From Paragordius varius (Eukaryota > Animalia > Nematomorpha), in assembly GCA_964247055.1 (NCBI GenBank), contig OZ176050.1:10230001-10294000 (forward strand): a DNA stretch of 64,000 bases, written 5' to 3'. Below, one piece after another: positions 62,114 through 64,000 of the stretch. The notes beneath the pieces were generated by a model, which was not told the DNA's origin, did no database searches, and saw nothing but the letters and a program-made list of their open reading frames with translations. The number at the start of each line of letters is the position of its first letter. Position 1 is the first letter of the stretch. Both the position numbers and the translations under genes were made by a program.

Positions 62114-63757
62114 GTGTCCCGTCAGAACTGTATTATGTTCGTAATGGAATAATCAATACATACGCCACACAATTCAGAGTTTTGGTCAAAGCCGACGTGG
62201 ATAAATTGAAATTTACATGGTATAGTTTGGGGGCTCATGTGCAAGATGTAAGTTTTTTTGACTCTCAAAAATAATAATTTTATCTTAAAAAATTCAGTTT
62301 ATTAAAATCTCTTATACTTAATAATTTATATCATTTTAAAACCTTAAATTAAATTTGATAGGTTGCATACAATATAACATTCACCCGGGTTGAAAGAAAT
62401 ATGTTGGTGCGTCCACCTCAATTAAATATATCGCCTTCGGGATATGTCCCGTTAACCAAAACAGGTTTTTATAAACTCATCTAAAATATATACGGAAAAA
62501 TTTGTTGATATATTTGACGTGTAAAATCTAATTTAAAAAACACTTAGGTTACAAAAATCACATCACATACTAATGTAATTTCTTTTTTACTTGAACCCTA
62601 AAAATTATTGGATTACGATCAAACATATCCAAAAAAACAATTAGTTTTGTAAAAATTCTTTAGATCGTTTTTTCGCGTCTTTGAGTTGTTGTTGAAGAAT
62701 AGGTTCATAATAGGCACAATTCAATACTCTTTTTAAGGAATGAACTCTTGGGGAAATGTAAAAAGTAATTAAAATGATGTTTTTAAAGTCTTTTAACGTT
62801 AAAAATATTTTTTTCAATTACATCACGCTTTTATATAGTTCAAAAAATGATACTGTAACATAAATATAACATCTAAGAGGTGTGAAAACGCGCATTTTTA
62901 TAACAATAATAATAAATGTCCAAAACTTTATTTTTATGCTCTTTTGAACTCTCCTCTGTGTAATTATGATATTAACAACAATTTGATGTACTATATACAG
63001 TAGCGTATGGTGTTAAAAATAGTTTGTCCATAATTAAAAGGAGAAAATCAATGTTAAAATATAGAAAAAAAGATTATTTAATCGCTAACATTTGTCGTTT
63101 TTTTTACCATAAACTGTGGTATGTGAATGACACAATTCTGTTATTTCGCCATTAATATAAATCAAATTGCATTTATTTTATGTCAACACTGTGAAGGATG
63201 GGAAGATGTGTATGAAAAAATTTGAGAAAAAATAATCAATACTAACTAATTTAATTCCAAAAAAGTAAGGCTTGGTCTTTTTGAAACTTGTGTTGTTTTG
63301 TAGAAAAAAAATTAATTAATTTTTTGCAGTAAAACAAGTAAAATCCTCGACAGTTAAGACATAATAAATTAGGTTCTGAACGCGAAAGAAATCAATTTTG
63401 ATTATGTAGGTGTTTACTAAAATTAAATTATATCTAAAATCTCATCAAATAGCAAAAATATTTTTAAAATTTTTTCAACCATAAATTATACATTTTCTTG
63501 GTGAAATTTGACCTACTTTAGACACAATTTATTTTTATGGACAAAATTATGTCATATCTAAAAAATTTTATACATGTATATGACCGATGACAAGTTAATT
63601 AACATTGTCTGTTTTATTATTTTAGAATTTACAGTGGAATTAGTTTGCAATCCGAGAATTGAGGCAGAGATTGATTTTGACATAATATTTTTCATCAATG
63701 TTGTGGGACGAAATGTGACATCCTTCAACCTTCAACGTAAAAAGTTTTGTCTTAAAG
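62114..63757 (+). CDS. RYK: RYK/Derailed receptor, WIF-domain exons (partial gene)
   Basis: Exons 62114-62247, 62362-62464 and 63626-63757 (phases 1-0-1-1) give GVPSELYYVRNGIINTYATQF...FTWYSL...|VAYNI...PQLNISPSGYVP...|FTVELVC...NLQRKKFCLK. ELYYVR and the C-terminal RKK/R.C pattern fit RYK/Drl better than WIF1. The signal exon and the kinase part were not found in the window. Confidence 0.88.
62998..63119. mobile_element. CAGTAGCGTA-family MITE in an RYK intron
   Basis: TA|cagtagcgtatgg...gtccataa at the left end; right end eroded. Confidence 0.55.
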
Positions 63758-64000
63758 GTAGGCCTGTAAATTTTTTATTATATATATAAGTTAATAATTT
63801 AAAACATCCTATAAAGCGTGATTTTACATTGTTTTAAAATAACTTTGGGTGTAATCCTTATAATTGTCGTTTATGATCACAAGAAATATTTAATAAACCG
63901 TTATATTGCTATGAGCCAATTGTATTATAATGAGTAAATCAAAATATCTAATTTCTCTAATATATGAATAGGTAATTTTATTGCTTTAATATATCGAGTT

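Noticed and set aside
62114-63757. WIF1/shifted instead of RYK
   Set aside because: ELYYVRNG, FTW and the terminal RKKFC pattern fit the RYK/Derailed WIF domain better than the WIF1 sequence. The downstream exons needed for final proof lie outside the window.
1-64000. Non-standard genetic code (stop reassignment) to explain the kinase stops
   Set aside because: TAG, TAA and TGA each terminate a conserved gene at the expected position (TCTP, MFAP1, B3GAT), and none occurs inside the reconstructed CDSs.

Overview
AT-rich animal nuclear DNA with spliced genes and many transposons. No prokaryotic features, rRNA or CRISPR were found. Genes reconstructed by hand from GT-AG junctions: (1) a partial Tie/FGFR-like tyrosine kinase at the left edge (-); (2) a ~1077-aa taperin/phostensin-family PP1-binding protein (+); (3) an unannotated chain of short, mostly phase-1 exons encoding a glycosylated extracellular or stalk-like protein (-, ~21.9-32.0 kb), mostly missed by the ORF track; (4) a complete TCTP/TPT1 (-); (5) a complete GT43 glucuronosyltransferase, B3GAT family (+); (6) a complete spliceosomal MFAP1 (-); (7) three WIF-domain exons of RYK (+, both ends unresolved). 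The main result is five ultra-short spliceosomal introns (23, 23, 23, 25 and 28 nt) in TCTP and MFAP1. Each must be spliced to restore a conserved reading frame, and they coexist in this window with introns of 0.1-5.7 kb. This is far below the usual animal minimum and resembles what is reported for dicyemids; the species cannot be identified from sequence alone. Other highlights: a 5'-inverted (twin-primed) RTE/BovB-type LINE whose target-site duplication (TSD) copies a predicted splice donor; a GC-rich two-hairpin ncRNA candidate in a MFAP1 intron; and nested piggyBac-, Tc1/mariner-, hAT- and Helitron-type non-autonomous elements with readable TSDs. All coordinates were counted by eye; boundaries of eroded repeats are approximate.
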